A stretch of 64,000 nt of DNA from Lingula anatina. Lineage: Eukaryota; Animalia; Brachiopoda. Of the stretch, positions 1 through 14,600 are shown piece by piece. The translations under genes and the position numbers were made by a program. How positions within the stretch are numbered: the first letter of the stretch is position 1; each line of letters opens with the position of its first letter. A model generated the notes under the pieces. It did not search any database, was not told the origin of the DNA, and saw only the letters and a program-made list of their open reading frames with translations. Location: assembly GCA_051362555.1 (NCBI GenBank), contig CM120647.1:11012651-11076650 (forward strand), read 5' to 3'.

Positions 1-424
1 GATGTGTCTCTGTTTCAGTATAATATCTAGTCGACTGAGTCTTGGTTTTTGGATTGACCTTTTATTTTTGAAGTTATTAATACTGAAATTGGAAGGTCCA
101 TATATATTTCGTAAAATTCACGTTTTATCAAAATAAAATCAAAAGCAAAAATAAAAAGAGAAAATCCTGACAGAGATCACTGGAGTTTGTGCTAACTTTT
201 AGATAGCTATTTCAATCGTATTAATAGGGCTTTTTGTTTAAGAGAAATTCTTGATTAAAAAAAGGACAATTTTAGCCTCAAAACGCTGATATTACGTCAC
301 TCGTGTTACACTGTGACTACAAACTTTGAAAAATTGTTTGGCTTGCCAGACCTTATCTTTAAGTTAATAGGAAATTTCATTAGCTGCATTAGTTTTGGAG
401 TTTTTTGTTAATATCCAAGATCCC
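1..424. mobile_element. Probable right end of a TTAA-targeting DNA transposon (Kolobok-like)
   Basis: Ends ...CCAAGATCCCT-TTAA-like; similarity to gene B intron (~51100) starts just after; left end outside window. Confidence 0.3.
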
Positions 425-844
425 TTAAATCCAACTTTTCCAAACGCTGAGACTTTTATTGTAGCAACTATACATTTTATATGTAATCGTATTAAAAACA
501 GGTGCGCGTATGAAATATACTGAGAAAAATCGATAAATGTTTACAAAATACTTCAAACAATGTTGGAACAATCATGTTTTCAAAGAAATTTTATAGTTAA
601 GGTATACTATTAATGTAATATGAAGTGAACCCTTTAATTCGATGACTTAACTATGATTTCGCAGCTTGTTTTTCAATACTACAATATTTAAGCATCTTAT
701 CATTATTAAGTCTGCTGAACTTTTAAGTAATTTACACATTAAATAAATGTTTGATAACACTTGATGGAGCAAGATTAAAAATAATCAGATCTTGATAGAC
801 GGGTTTTTATTAGTATACGTAAAATGCACGTATCAATCATTATA

Positions 845-3800
845 CAGACTTGACATTTAATATGGAATATTTTTTTCGAAATAATTTTTTATCAGTTTTT
901 TCCTATTTTGCTGACTGATAAATGAAAATAAGGATTAAAATCGTGTTTAAATAACTTTAAATTATCTCTTTGATGCCATTGTGACATCAGTTCATTTATG
1001 GAATTTGCCAGAGAAGCAAACAAAAACACATTGCCTATTCTATGTCATACCACTCCCATTAAAAGATATATTTTGGATCTCCATATTTTCCAAATTATCG
1101 TCTGTAAAAGGGTAATACGCTCCACAAAAGACCCTCATGTCAGTTGCTAGTCACAGTAATGGTCGTTGTTACGCCTGGCCTCTTCGTGGCTGTTGCCAGC
1201 GCTCTCAAGCGGCAAGGCATATCTTGGGGGTAGGTTTTTAGAGTTCAATCTGGAATAGCATTTCAGGCATCGGTCTAAAATTGTCCAATCTGGTCCAGTT
1301 TTGTTGTAGGACATGTAGGCAGTTGATTGGTGAGTAATGGTCTACCGAAATATTGTCTATGTGGTTCAAATGTGGCGATTTTGATGACCAGGGTAGCTGC
1401 TCATTCCCTTGGTTCTGTAAGTTATCTGCTATTAAAAGTGCGCTGTGTGAACCTGCAACCTCATCGTGCAACCTAGAATTGTTCCTAAGGTGCCCCCTAT
1501 CAAATGATAGTCAAGTGGTTCCGAGATTATTCCTTTATTTGATCTGGTTCAGGTTTTCGTCGATGACTACCATTGATGTTTTGGCACCAATGTGGAATCT
1601 ACTCCAAATATTGACGCTGTCAATCACCCTTGTCACTTTAGACCCGGCATATGCTTCGTCGTAGGCCTCCTCTGGATATCTGTAAACTCTGTTTTGACTA
1701 ATTGAGCGGTACAGGTGAAATCTGACCTCAATAAAGAAAGCCACGCAGTTTCAGTGTTCTACCCAGAATCGTTCATGGCCCCCAATTCATTAGAAAAACA
1801 GACGACGATGTTTTGCTGTATACAGTGGGTATCTCGGAGGTCATTTGATGTTCTTACCTGCTAAAACCAGTTTGGTGTTCGCTAAGGGCTTTGAAAAACG
1901 CATTTTAGTGGCAATTTACCCCTCGTTCTGAACGGACTAAGTGTTTTTTGTTTAGTTGCAGCAGCGTATCCCGAAAGACAGTGGGTCCTGTACCCTGTAG
2001 GTAAAATTTTAATACATTGGGGGTGACCTCTGTGTAGGTACATCAGTCTGGGCATTACTCTATAAAACTGTTTGGACCGTTCCGTTTGGCGCTATGATCT
2101 GTCTGGTTATGTCTGTCTTTTTCGCGCCATTCTGCCTTAGATTAACAAATTTGTAATGCACTACTTGACTCATCTTACGCACTGCAAAACTGACCGCTTG
2201 CATGCAAAATTTCAAATTCTTCTATGCAGTAGTCGCCGAAATATGGATAGTTTTTTGACAGAACCAAGCTTTGCCTAAGCCAAGCTTTGATCAGCCCAAA
2301 GGAACACTACCCAATTAAGTCACTGCAAATTACACAATGTAGCAGCGCAACAGGCATGAAAGTCAGTTAATTGGTAGTGACACACCTGACTACACACGTT
2401 TACATTCACAAATCTTATATGAGATCGGAGTTTTTTAAAAAAGAACGTATTTTTACCGAGGTATACCTTCGAAACTGAAATATTCCATATTAAGAGCTTG
2501 TCCACGAGAGAACCAGCCCAGGGTGGCAAGGTGGGGGTCAGCGGATTTCAACCAAATTTGTTGTATGGAGGCATATTAGGAAGTTATTCATGAGTTAGGA
2601 AGGAATCCCAAAAATATCCTTTCTTCAGAGAATTATAGCCTATTATAAGTCATGGCTTATGTAGCCTCTTTGAGACTCCATTTTACCTTGGAAAAATAAT
2701 GATATATTTTGTGTAAATTAAACAAAAATGGAGAAAACTAAAAAATATTAGACCTTACAATCATTGAAAACAATCATTTGGCTTGCCACAGATATATGTA
2801 GAATTCAGATAAGACCCTGCTTGGGCGAGCCACACCCATTTATAACACCCCTCCCCCCAAAGTCCAATTTTGATACTACCATCTTTAATTGCATATATCT
2901 CCATCTTCACAGGGTTTACAGCTATAAAACTGCATGAATATTTTAGGCAGATATGGGTCATTCCAAATCAAGTTTCAAAAGTTACTGCTGTATTAAAACA
3001 GGTACTGAAAAATACCTCCAAAGTTGGCCATTTTTAAGGCAAAAAATCGTGGTGGATTCATTCAAGTCTATGTAGACGATAGGTTTGATTAATTTATTAA
3101 ACCATTTTGCTCTACAATGATGTTACTAAATTAATAGGGCTGGTGAACATGGAAAGTGGGTGTGTACTAATGAATATCAGGTCAGTAGGTCAAGGTCACT
3201 GGGCTTCATATTTGTAAATTGCCATATATGGACTTCTTAATTTATATGGACAAAAAATTTAGAGGAAATAAATCATAGATTCTGTTACTTTGGATAGGCA
3301 CTGGCAATTAACTTGAGAGTTTACAAGATGATTTTAATATATATATATATATTTTTTAATATCATCAATTTGGTGAATACAAATTAAAATCTTAGTTTAG
3401 TAGCGATTTCTTTTTGGTGCAATATTTATCATATAGAGATCAGGATATGCCATAGTATTTATGATAGCAAAGCCAGAACAAATCTTTTTTAATTATCAAG
3501 AGTTTTTTTTAATCATCCACACCACTTTTTGGTGACTATTTATGAGCATACAGTAACTAAAAAATTATTCAATTTAGTTTATTGTTGTCTCAGATGAATA
3601 ATTACAAATAATAAAAAAAATCACAAAATTATAATATAGCAATACATGCAAAGCAGTGCAACATTAGTTGTGATCATTACAAACTATATCATAATGTAGC
3701 AAAACAAGATAATTTTCTATTCAAAAAGCAAAACTAACACAACCGCAAAATATATCCTGGTGTTATGAAACATCTTTTCAGTTTTGTATCAAACATTACA

Positions 3801-6288
3801 GCTCATAACATCAAAGTTTTTAATACATTCAAAAATAACTGCCGATTTTTTCTTCCTGAATAGTCTGTAACCCTCCTTACTGACATTTCAATCTCATCTT
3901 CATGCTCACAAATGCTAGGTTCTGCTGGCCTGTTTCTTGTGCCCTTCTAAACTCCTTCAGTAAAAACTCCTTTACTTTATTTGAATATAGTTTCAAAGGT
4001 TTAGATGACTTTAAAGCTCATCCATTGTGTAACTCAGTGAGATATTCAAGAGGGTGGAGTTCTCTCACAGCTGATGTGCTTTAAGTTTTTCTTTAGTCAG
4101 ATTGTTGGCCCACTAGACTTTAATTTGATCAAAAGCTGTTTTTTTTTTTTTTTGGCACATTTCATAACTGTGGTCTAAAAAAGGACCTTACAAATACTCT
4201 TCAGTCTTAGTAGCAAAAGATTTCAGAGAAAACTTCTCTGGACAAGAAAAAATTTCCCTGTTTGTGATTTTGCTTGGTATAGTCCCAGTTGGCATATTTG
4301 CCTCAGAAAAACCCAAATTAACTTTAACATCAGTATCACTCATGTTAAAACTGCTCAAGGAAGGAAGACACCTTTTCTCATGTTGTAGGAATCAAGAAAG
4401 CTAAATTGTTGTAATTGGACACTCCAGTCCACGCAGGTTTGGAAGATGTCTGTCTAGCTGGATGTAGAAAATGGCCCCAACTGCAGAAACTAGGGCCTCA
4501 TGCATCTCCTCAGCATTTGTTATATTGTGGCTTTCATTTACATACATGCCTTTCTACAACAGCCATCATTTCCACACTAGTTTCAGTTTCTGCAAGACTT
4601 TGGACTCTTTTGCTGACCATAAGATCACTGTGTGTCAAATAACACTTCTCAAATATGCCTGAAATATAAATATAGCTTACTATAGACACATGAAAACACT
4701 TATCTGAAAGTTAATTGATACATTGATGAAAAATAAATTATTATCCCATTTGTCCATGTTTTATAAGTAAGGCATGGTTTCGAATATTAATTATGATGAG
4801 CCTAGCAATTTTGCCAAGACCAGCCCTAGCTTCAATCTAATTCCAACTGTTACCCTTAAATTTATTTTACCCAAGTACCATTAAACCTACATAAATACCC
4901 ACACAAATATAGCTTAAAATATAAAATTATCACAGGTCCTTAGGCTGCAATTTCATTATTTGAAAGGGGGCATTTTTCTTTTTTAAAAAATGGAGCGTTT
5001 ACCATTAAAAAATTACACCTAGATCATTTTTCTGAGTGAACTTTTTTTCTGGATTTTAGCCTGTATTAAAATACAAACAAACCCGTTTCTTACCTGAACC
5101 AAGTGGCATCAGTATATTCAAATGGCTTTTTGTCTACACTGACATCTGCAAGTTAATCCCATGACATATTTCGTTATAGGCTCGTTTTCCCCTGTGTGGA
5201 TGGTTTCCAGCACAAACCAAGCCCATATCTCAGTGCTGGTCACATGGTGTAACCCATTTATTCTCCCAAAGATACTTGAAAAAGTCCAATTGCTGTCATC
5301 GGATACAAAAGAATTCACACCTGACAAGAATCAGTGTGCTTTCGTAACTCACGCTGTTTTGCTTCACGTAAACGCGACGAAGATGACTGTTAATATCTCT
5401 GTTGCAATTTTTCAATACACTACATGTTTTTTTATATCTGTAGACAGAGTATAAACCACATGATATACGACTTCGTTGAGGAAGATTTGTAAACAGTCTG
5501 CGATTTCCGCCATGTTGGATAATGACGTTGTGTTGTTCTGACGTTAGTACATTAGTTTCACATGGTTTTAAAATGCGTTAGATGCTTGTTTTAACCAGAA
5601 AAAAATTAGAATAGGTAAAATGAAAATAAAAAGTTCAACTAACAGTGTTTTATACCATTCGTTGACTTGAAAGAGATGGCTGAAGTTCAGTGCACCGATA
5701 TACGTGTTCGGATATATTTACGAAAAATGAAGAAATTAGGTCATGTTCTATCTGTTACAACGGACAAGTTGTAGAACAGCAGTAAGTTTTGATTTCATGT
5801 ATGAATAGATTAATGAGTTATCTGTTAGTCCTGAACACGCTTTACCCCAAAGACCTGTGAAGATGAAGATATTGTCAAAAATAGAAGGGGGGTGTTCAAA
5901 GCATGTGGTTTGTAGGCCTGAGAAAAACGCTTGGTTTGTTACCATGGAAACAAAGAGAGTGGAAAAAGTGTATATCATTTTAATCCCCTATCTTTAGGTT
6001 ATAATATATCACCAAACTAAGTCATTTGGTGACACCTGTATACACTTTAAGGCCAATCAATATAACCCTGTTTTTCAGAAGAATTTTTGGTTGATAAACC
6101 CCCCAAATTGTCACTGGCCATATCTCTGTAAGTAGGGATTTTTTTCAGGAAATATTGCAGCCTCAGATATTGTTCATATAAAGGTTCAAACACACCAAAT
6201 ATGATGTAAATCCGTTCACCCCCACCTTGCCGCATTTTCTACAATTGGTTTGGTTTTCTCGTGGACACACACTTAAATGTCAAGTCTG
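845..6288 (-). mobile_element. Decayed Tc1/mariner DNA transposon, copy 1 (right TIR interrupted by a nested element)
   Basis: TIR CAGACTTGACATTTAA / TTAAATGTCAAGTCTG with TA flanks; minus-strand remnants [16 protein letters not shown] and VNIWSRFHIGAKTSMVVIDENLN resemble Tc1 DDE-domain motifs (LPWPxxSPDLNPIE; VMVWG...LVVIDGNLN); empty site in gene B near 52058. Confidence 0.85.
2494..6272 (-). mobile_element. TTAA-flanked DNA transposon remnant, Sola3-like
   Basis: TTAA on both sides (2490-2493, 6273-6276); TIR GAGCTTGTCCACGAGAGAACC / GGTTTTCTCGTGGACACACAC; decayed minus-strand coding near 3830-4040 (G*ALKSSKPLKLYSNKVKEFLLKEFRRAQETG). Confidence 0.7.
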
Positions 6289-6557
6289 TATGATGGTATC
6301 TCGAACAATATTCAGATGAACAGTTTGATAATACAATAAGGACGTTGAAGCTGGCTGTCAGATTTTTTTCATATACTACTTGATAACGTGCTGGTACAAT
6401 AAAACAACCGTATACAGGTACAATAAAACAACCGTATACTGTCAGGTTCACAAACTAACGATTTCTTTAATTGGAAGCTTTCCATGTTCATACATACACT
6501 GTATTTATATGCTAATCTAATGTTCATTTCGCTGCCATTTTTGACCAATCTCTGCAG

Positions 6558-6680
6558 ACATAGACGAATGCGCTGCCGGCAGTTCTGGTTGCGCTCACCG
6601 TTGTTCAAACACCTTCGGTGGCTTTCAATGTAGCTGCAACGCTGGGTACACCTTGGACGACAACGGCAAGACTTGCAATG
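6558..6680 (+). CDS. Gene A Ca-EGF exon
   Basis: 123-bp phase-1 exon, [41 protein letters not shown]. Confidence 0.9.
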
Positions 6681-9600
6681 GTAACTGTGCAAACATTGTG
6701 TTACATAGTCTTCTCAAAGAACACGCTGTGAAAGCTGTATGTAATGTTAGTGTGCGGAAGGTTTTTAGGTCGGGGCAGGGGACCGGGGGTTCCGAAAGAA
6801 AACCGCGTCTTTTTGACTGGAAAGTGTCCGTACCAAAATTTGATCAAGTTGAGTCAATAATGGCATAAAAGGTACACGTTTTCTGAAAAGATCACCTTTT
6901 TACCTTGCTGGAGACAGACCTGAAAAATCTATACTTGGCAGACACTTATCAATGCATTGTGTGCAGGGAAACACAGCGTATACTGTAGAACCTTTTCCCT
7001 TAATGTGTAATTTATTTAATTTTTATAAATTTTAATATTTGTAAAATTTTATTCAAAACTTTTTCTGTTTCATCAAATTTAAATTTCGATTTGTAAATAA
7101 AAGTCAACTATTTTTTAATACTAGGTCACTTTATTGATTAGGTACTGAAAAAAGAATACTCGGCGCAAGGTCGAATAATGCATCGAACAAATGCATATTC
7201 ACTGTAAAAAGGCAAGATCTTCACCATATTTTACCAGGTTATTCGATTCAGGGTAGGCTATAGGAGCAAGATGGCTATATTAATGTTTTTTTAAAGAGTT
7301 TGTGAATCATCTCCATACTGGGGAATTTGAATTTCAGATGTCAACGAATGCCAGGTAAACAATGGTGGATGTCAACACACGTGTGAGAACGAGGTTGGTT
7401 CATTCCATTGTGAATGTAACCCAGGATATACCCGGCATTCAGATGGAAAAACATGTGTAGGTAAGTAAAGGTCAGGTCTACTTAAATGTGTCATGTCTTG
7501 GTCGAAATATAAACTAGTAAAATCAGTTTTGTTCATTACAGTATCCTTGCTGCAGCGAGTGGCAAAGGTGTTAAACGTTTGCACATGTGCAATAGGGGCA
7601 TTTCTAAAATTGCTTGAAAATAAAACAATATTACAAAATAAACTGTGCTTTCTTGTGTTGTCACGATCCTTATTTTATCAAGTCATGTTTTAAAGTCAAA
7701 ACGGACATTTTTCTGAGATATTTCTCTTTCTAACTTAATCTGTCTTCGAATTGACTTGAAGCGCCACCACAATGTTTTCAGACACGGATGAATGTGCTCT
7801 CGGCATGGCCAATTGCCACGTGCTGGCCTCGTGTGTCAACACCCAAGGGTCTTTCTCCTGTGTCTGTGACCTTGGATATACTGGGGACGGAACCACGTGC
7901 ACTGGTAGCGCCACTACATTATTTTCAGACACGGATGAATGTGCTCTCGGCTTGGCAAATTGCCACATGCTGGCCTCGTGTGTCAACACCCAGGGGTCAT
8001 ACTCTTGTGTCTGCGACCCTGGATATACTGGGGACGGAACCACGTGCACTGGTAAATATCCACTGTCACTGAACATACAAGCGGTTCGAAAGGCCTTTTC
8101 CAAAGCAAAAAGTCAGAACTTATTAATTTACGATTTATTATTATTATTTTTATTGTTATTATTAATATTTACCATTTTATTAATTTTCACTAAATTAACT
8201 AAACTAAAGTAATTAAAATTATTTATTATTTGCCTGTTTTTCTTTTTTTTGTATACACGTAACATCTGAGAAACGGCTACACTGAATTTACCCAAAAACG
8301 TTGAATGTTTTAAAACTCTTCCCCTTTTATTCTCCTTCTATAACTGAACAGAAAAAAAAGCGAAATTCTCATACCTAACCCTTACGTGTTTCGGGAAATG
8401 TGTTCGCCTTCTGTTTTAACCTGAGCAAAATTCTGTCATCCTTGCCCCTCCCACTACACACATCCACCCACCCTCAGCAAAATCGTACATTTGCGTATTT
8501 GCAAAATGCGGTTCCTTTCAGATCTCGACGAATGCGCTGCATTGAACAATGGAGGATGTGACCAGGTGTGTTTAAACGAGGGAGGATCCTACAGTTGTGA
8601 CTGTAACGCCGGTTATCAACTTATGGGTGACGGTGTCACTTGCCAAGGTAAGCCCAAATAGTTTTAACTCATATGTTTAAACTCATATTCATCATTAAAA
8701 CACATATGCAGGTGTTTAATACTTTAATAAAATATATTGTATTCCGTAAAATGTAGAACAATCATTTATAATTTTGCACGAAAGGACAGACTATTGGTAA
8801 AAGGATATACTGGTAGGTACATGAATATATATTAAAAAATAAACACATTCACTCAAAATAAAAAGTGTACCAATAACGGGAAAATGCACATTAGATTATG
8901 CGATACTAAATAAAATACATTTGTATTTTAGTTTTTTCATAAACAAACATATTTGTCTTTATTTAGTCATCTTCTTATCAAAGCAGGCTATTTGATTGGA
9001 TCATTTTTACATTTTTTTATTTCAAATTAATTTTCTTTTTGCTAAACAGAAATTGATGGATGCCAGTCGAGCTTGTGTTCTCACTTTTGCACGAACACAA
9101 ACGGATCTTTCACCTGCACTTGTCAGGCCGGCTATTTGCTGAATGCAGATGGGGTCACATGTGATGGTAAGAGAACGATAGATGGCGTGACGCATAATTG
9201 TCTGTGATTGATAAATGGCGTTATGTGTTATGGTGGGGGGGGGGGGGGGGGAGATGACACACTGAGTCACACTGAGTGGTATATGGATACTTGACGGTAT
9301 GACACCACAATTTATTTAGCTTCTTCACACCTGCAGTTCCAAAGGTTATGAATGCAGAATTCTGAAATATTTACAGAATTGACATTTAAAATGGATTTTT
9401 TTCCAAATCATAATTCATCATTTTTTTCCTATTTTGCTGACTGATAAATGAAAATAAAAATTAAAATCGTGTTTTAATGTGTTTTAATAACTTTTAATAA
9501 TATCTTTGATGTCCTTGTGACATAAGTTCATTAATTGAATTCGCCAGTGAAGCAAACAAAAATACATTGCCTATTCTAAGTCATATTACAACCTTTGACA

Positions 9601-11647
9601 GCGAAAGTTTAGATCTCCATATTTTATTCGCCTTTTTGTCGCCTTTAAAAGAGTTACACTCCCCACAAGGGCCTCGCATGTCAGTGTCTAGTCACAGCAA
9701 TGGTTGCTGTTACGCCGGACCTCATCTTGCTGCTACCAGAGATTTCAAGCGGCAAGATATTCCCTGGGATAGGTTTTTAGAGTTTAATCTGAAATTAAAT
9801 TACAGGCAATGGTCAAAACTTGTCCAATTTGGTTCAGTTTGTTGTAGGCCATTAATTCGGCGAGATATATGTCCTACCCACATATTGTTTAGTGGTTCAA
9901 AAATGATAACCAAAGTAGCTGCTCATTCCCTTGGTTCTGTAAGTTATCTGCTATTAAAAGTGCTCTGTGTTAACCGACAATCTCATTTTACAACCTAAAA
10001 TTGTTCCTTAGGTGCCCCCCCCCCCCCCCCCCGGTATCAAATTATAGTCAAGTGGTTCCCAGATTAATCCTTTTTTTAATCTGGTTCGGGTTTTCATCGG
10101 TGACCTCTATCGGTGCACCAATGTGGCATCCACTCCAAATACTGACGCTGTCAATGACCCTAGTCACTGTAGAAACGGCAAATGCGTCGTTGCAGGCCTC
10201 TTTAGGATGTTTGTAAACTCTGTTTTGACCAGATGAGCGGTACAGGTGAAATCTGACCTCAACATGACAATAAAGAAAGCCATGCGATTTCAGTGTTTTA
10301 CCCAGAAACGGTCATGGTCCCCAATTCATTAGAGAAACGGACGACGCTGTTTTGCTGTTTACTGTGGCGTCCTAAGAGGTCGTTTGGTATCCTGACCTGC
10401 TGAAACCAGTTTAGTCTTGAAAAACGTGTTTTTGACTGGTTGGTTTTTGTTTAGTTATTGAAAAATATCCGCAAGGACAGTGAGTCTTGTACCCTGGTGG
10501 GAAGATTAGGATAATGCATGCAAAGTTTAAAATTTTTCGATGCAGTCGTCGCCGATATATGGAACCATGCTTCGCCAAAGCCCAGCTTTGACCAGCCCAA
10601 AGGAGTACTACCCAATTAAATCACTGCATACAGGAGCGGATTTAGGCCGTCTTCTGGGTCTTCCGGAAGACGGTCAGATTTTCAAGTTAACATTGACAGG
10701 TATCTATTTCTTTCTGTTGGAAGACGGTCAAAATTGGTGGATGAATCAACAAAGATAATTTGGAAGACTGTCAGTAAATAGCTCTGCATCCGCCCCTGGC
10801 ATATGACGCAAAGCAGTAGTGCAACAGTCAGTAAATTGGTAGCGACACAACTGACTACACACTTCTTCAGTCAGATAGCTTATATGAGATCTGATTTTTT
10901 TTTTGAAAAAAGAACGCATTTTACAAAGGTATACTTTTGAAACTGAGATATTCCGTATAAAATGTCAAGTCTGTATATGGGAACAAAACATATTTGGTTT
11001 CAATATTACTTCAGTTGGGTATGTGTTGGACAGAGGCAATTAAATGGCGTAGGATATGTCGACCTTCATGTATTACAATGTACATGTTGGTCTACATATC
11101 CTGCTGTGATGTATTACAGATTTAGATGAATGCAGCACCAATAACGGAGGCTGTGCACAGGTGTGTAACAACCTACCTGGTTCCTTCCGGTGTGAATGTA
11201 GCTCGGGATACCAGTTTGGACAAGACGGTATTACGTGTGAGGGTAAGTGCACTTCCATAAAACACTAAGTGACGCTGCTACCTCGTGACGCAATTTCGAC
11301 GTCATGCTGACGTCACAATAATATTTTGATGCCTGCGCATTGATTTTTAAAAATTAAGTATTATTACTGATGCATCTCTGAAGATCTACTTTACAGATGT
11401 CATATATAATCCAAACTTTCGGCCTCTAGGCCTTCTTCGGGGATTATGAAAAAATAGTGAAAAAACAAACTCCTACGATACGAGACGTCGGTGATGTGTT
11501 AAAGACACGCGATGTCACGAAAGCGTGCTTAACGTAAACAGCGCCAAGATTACGTTAAACACGCTTTTGTCACCTTTTATTCTGTCACTTTTTTTTATAG
11601 GCCAAGTATAATTAAATCAGTTTTTCAAGGCCTCCGGCCCATAGTAC

Positions 11648-11680
<33 letters not shown>

Positions 11681-14600
11681 GTAAAGTCCATGAGAAGTAT
11701 TAAGGATTATTAATTTTTGCCAGTGATCCAAAATTTCTTTTCTTAATAAAAAAGCAATAATATCTTTTCTTATTCAGTCACCTTCCTTACGATCTAATGA
11801 TAAAACAGTTTATTCTGCCCCTTTCTCCAACCCATGTGATTCCATCCTGTAGTTGTTATAAATATATATATTGTCTTGAAGAAAATAATGTATCCACCCT
11901 GAATGTTTCGGATAATTGCATGCATTTGTTGTCCTCTTTGTTTAATAACACCCATCTCTACTTGTTCATTACTTCAGATATAAATGAATGCAACTCGTAC
12001 AATGGAGGGTGCCAAGACATTTGCGAAAACACCATTGGATCCTTTGTGTGCAATTGTAGCAGTGGGGTACTCGACAGCGACGGTTTGAGCTGTGACCGTA
12101 AGAATATTTCACAATTCTTGGTCATATTTCCATTAAACCACTCTACTCTATCAGATCAGTGGCTTCCAGTTTCTTTTGGGTTTTTAGTAACTTTGACTTT
12201 ACTAAAACTGAATGTTTCAATATTGAGGTGCAAGTTTTTCAAATTCATATTTTTGAATAATTGTCTATTTCGATAGATACATGGGTTTTCGTTTTATACG
12301 AATACAGCGTATATCCATCATTGTTAGGGGTTGATGACTTTACAGATAGTTTTATTGTAATCGGATGCCGCGGTAATTAGGTGCTCATACAATATGATAT
12401 TTATTCAATTCAAACTTGCATGATTCCTGTAATTTTTCTGCCACAGCATTCTCAACCTCACCAAACGCGGAACCAAGCGTGTTCCAACTGAACAGCATAG
12501 CGCGTGAACTTCTGCCACAAGGGTGCGCTGTCGTCACACTGACTCGTTGTACAGAGAGCGCTGATGTAGAAGTCCGTATTTCATCCACAGATGAATGGTA
12601 CAAGTTGAACTCTGACCCCAACGTCATCTTCACGCTTGGTATCGTCTTCGTTGAAGTGAACGACATTGCCCTTCCAATGTCAATCACGGGTATGGAAATA
12701 CGCAACCCTAATGGTAACTTCATGATGAAAATGGGATCTTTGACTTATGACAAATCGGACGGAACCGTGCTGGCAACTGACCGAAACAATGATTGTCTTT
12801 CATTCAATCTAACGTCGAAAGATGTGTTTGACTTTCTAACATCCGGGTCTTTCTTGTCGACAGTCTTGGAGAATATCTACAAAGCGCTGCCCAACTGGAT
12901 CAAATTCACGTCAACGGGTTTCGATATTCTTTCAATCAATCAACTGAAGACGGACCTTTTGCATGGGCGAGATGTTCAGAAAGTACAGGCATGTCGTGGT
13001 GCGCCTTTGTTCGATAACAAACTCTACACCATCTTCCAGTTTGGAAGTGGATTCAGCCTTAGCGTCTATGGCAACGAGATAACTCTCCCAAAGCCATTAA
13101 ACGGAACTGAGTTTTGTCTTATCGTTGACATTTGCAGAGCCTATGGCGGCACAATTTTCCTGATGTTTCCTCCAGGGTCTAGAGAGCTCCTCAGTCAGCT
13201 GAAGGTGATAAGTGATATGGAGGAGAAGGGCGATTTCAAGTTGTTCCTGAATGGTATTGGCTTGTCAATAGTTAAGGAGATAAACGTACACCATACAGCG
13301 TCGGAGTTAACGTTCTGGAATGGGGATGAATTCTTCCAGTACCCGTAAGGAATTGATCATGCCTATATTTCATTCTATTTAACGTGAATAATTATCATTT
13401 AATATACAAAGGCAATAACATTTTATCTTGTCTTCATTTTGTTACTGGGTTTCAAAAATATTTGTACCAGTATTTTTTCTCTTTACGCTTTACGTATTGA
13501 CTAATACAGACTTGACATTTAATATGGAATATTTTTTCCAAATCATAATTAATCAGTTTTTTTCCTATTTTGCTGACTGATAAATGAAAATAAGGATTAA
13601 AATCATGTTTTAAAAACTTTTGATAATCTGTTCGATGTTATTGTGACATGAGTCCATTAATTGAATTCGCCAGTGAAGCAAACAAAAATACATTGCCTAT
13701 TTTAAGTCATACGACAACCATTGAAAGCGATAGTTTCGATCTCCATATTTTCCAAATTATCGTCTTTAAAAGAGTTACACGCCCCACAAAGGCCCCTCAT
13801 GTGGGTGTCTAGTCACAGCAATGGTCGCTGTTACGCCAGACCTCATCTTGCCGCTACCAGAGCTTTCAAGCGACAAGGCATTCCTTAGAATGGGTTTTAG
13901 AGTTTAATCTGGAATAAAATTCCAGGCAACGGTTAAGACTTGACCAGTTTGGTTCAATTTTGTTGTAGGACATACAGGCCGTTGATACAGCGAGTAATGA
14001 CCTAGCCACATATTGTCTATGTGGTTCAAATATGGCGATTTTGATGACCAAGGTAGCTGCTCATTCCCTTGGTTCTGTAAGTTATCTGCTATTTAAAGTG
14101 CTCTGTGTGAACCGGCAATCTCATCGTGCAACCTAAAATTGTTCCTAAGGTGCCCCCTATCAAATGATGGTCAAGTGGTTCCCAGAGTATTCCTCTATTT
14201 GATCTGGTTCAGGTTTTCATCGATGACTTCCATTAGTGTTTTGGCACCAATGTGGTATCCACTCCAAATAGTGATGCTTCCAATGACCCTAGTCACTTAA
14301 AAAGTGGCACACGTCTTGTCGTAGGCCTCTTCAGGATGTCTGTAAACTCTGTTTTGACTATTTTAGCGGTACGGGTGAAATCTGACTTCAATAAAGAAAG
14401 CCACGCGATTTCAGTGTTCTACCCAAAAATGGTCAGGGTCCCCAATTCATTAGAGAAACAGACTACGCTGTTTAGCTGTTTACAGTGGCTTCCTCAGAGG
14501 TCGCCTGATATCCTGACCTGCTGAAACCATTTTGGTGTTCGCTAAGAGCCTTGAAAAAACGCGTTTTGGTGACAATTTGCCCCTCATTCAAAACGGACTG

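Noticed and set aside
1238-1744. Active transposase gene
   Set aside because: Tc1-like motifs are fragmented by stops and the catalytic motifs are degraded.
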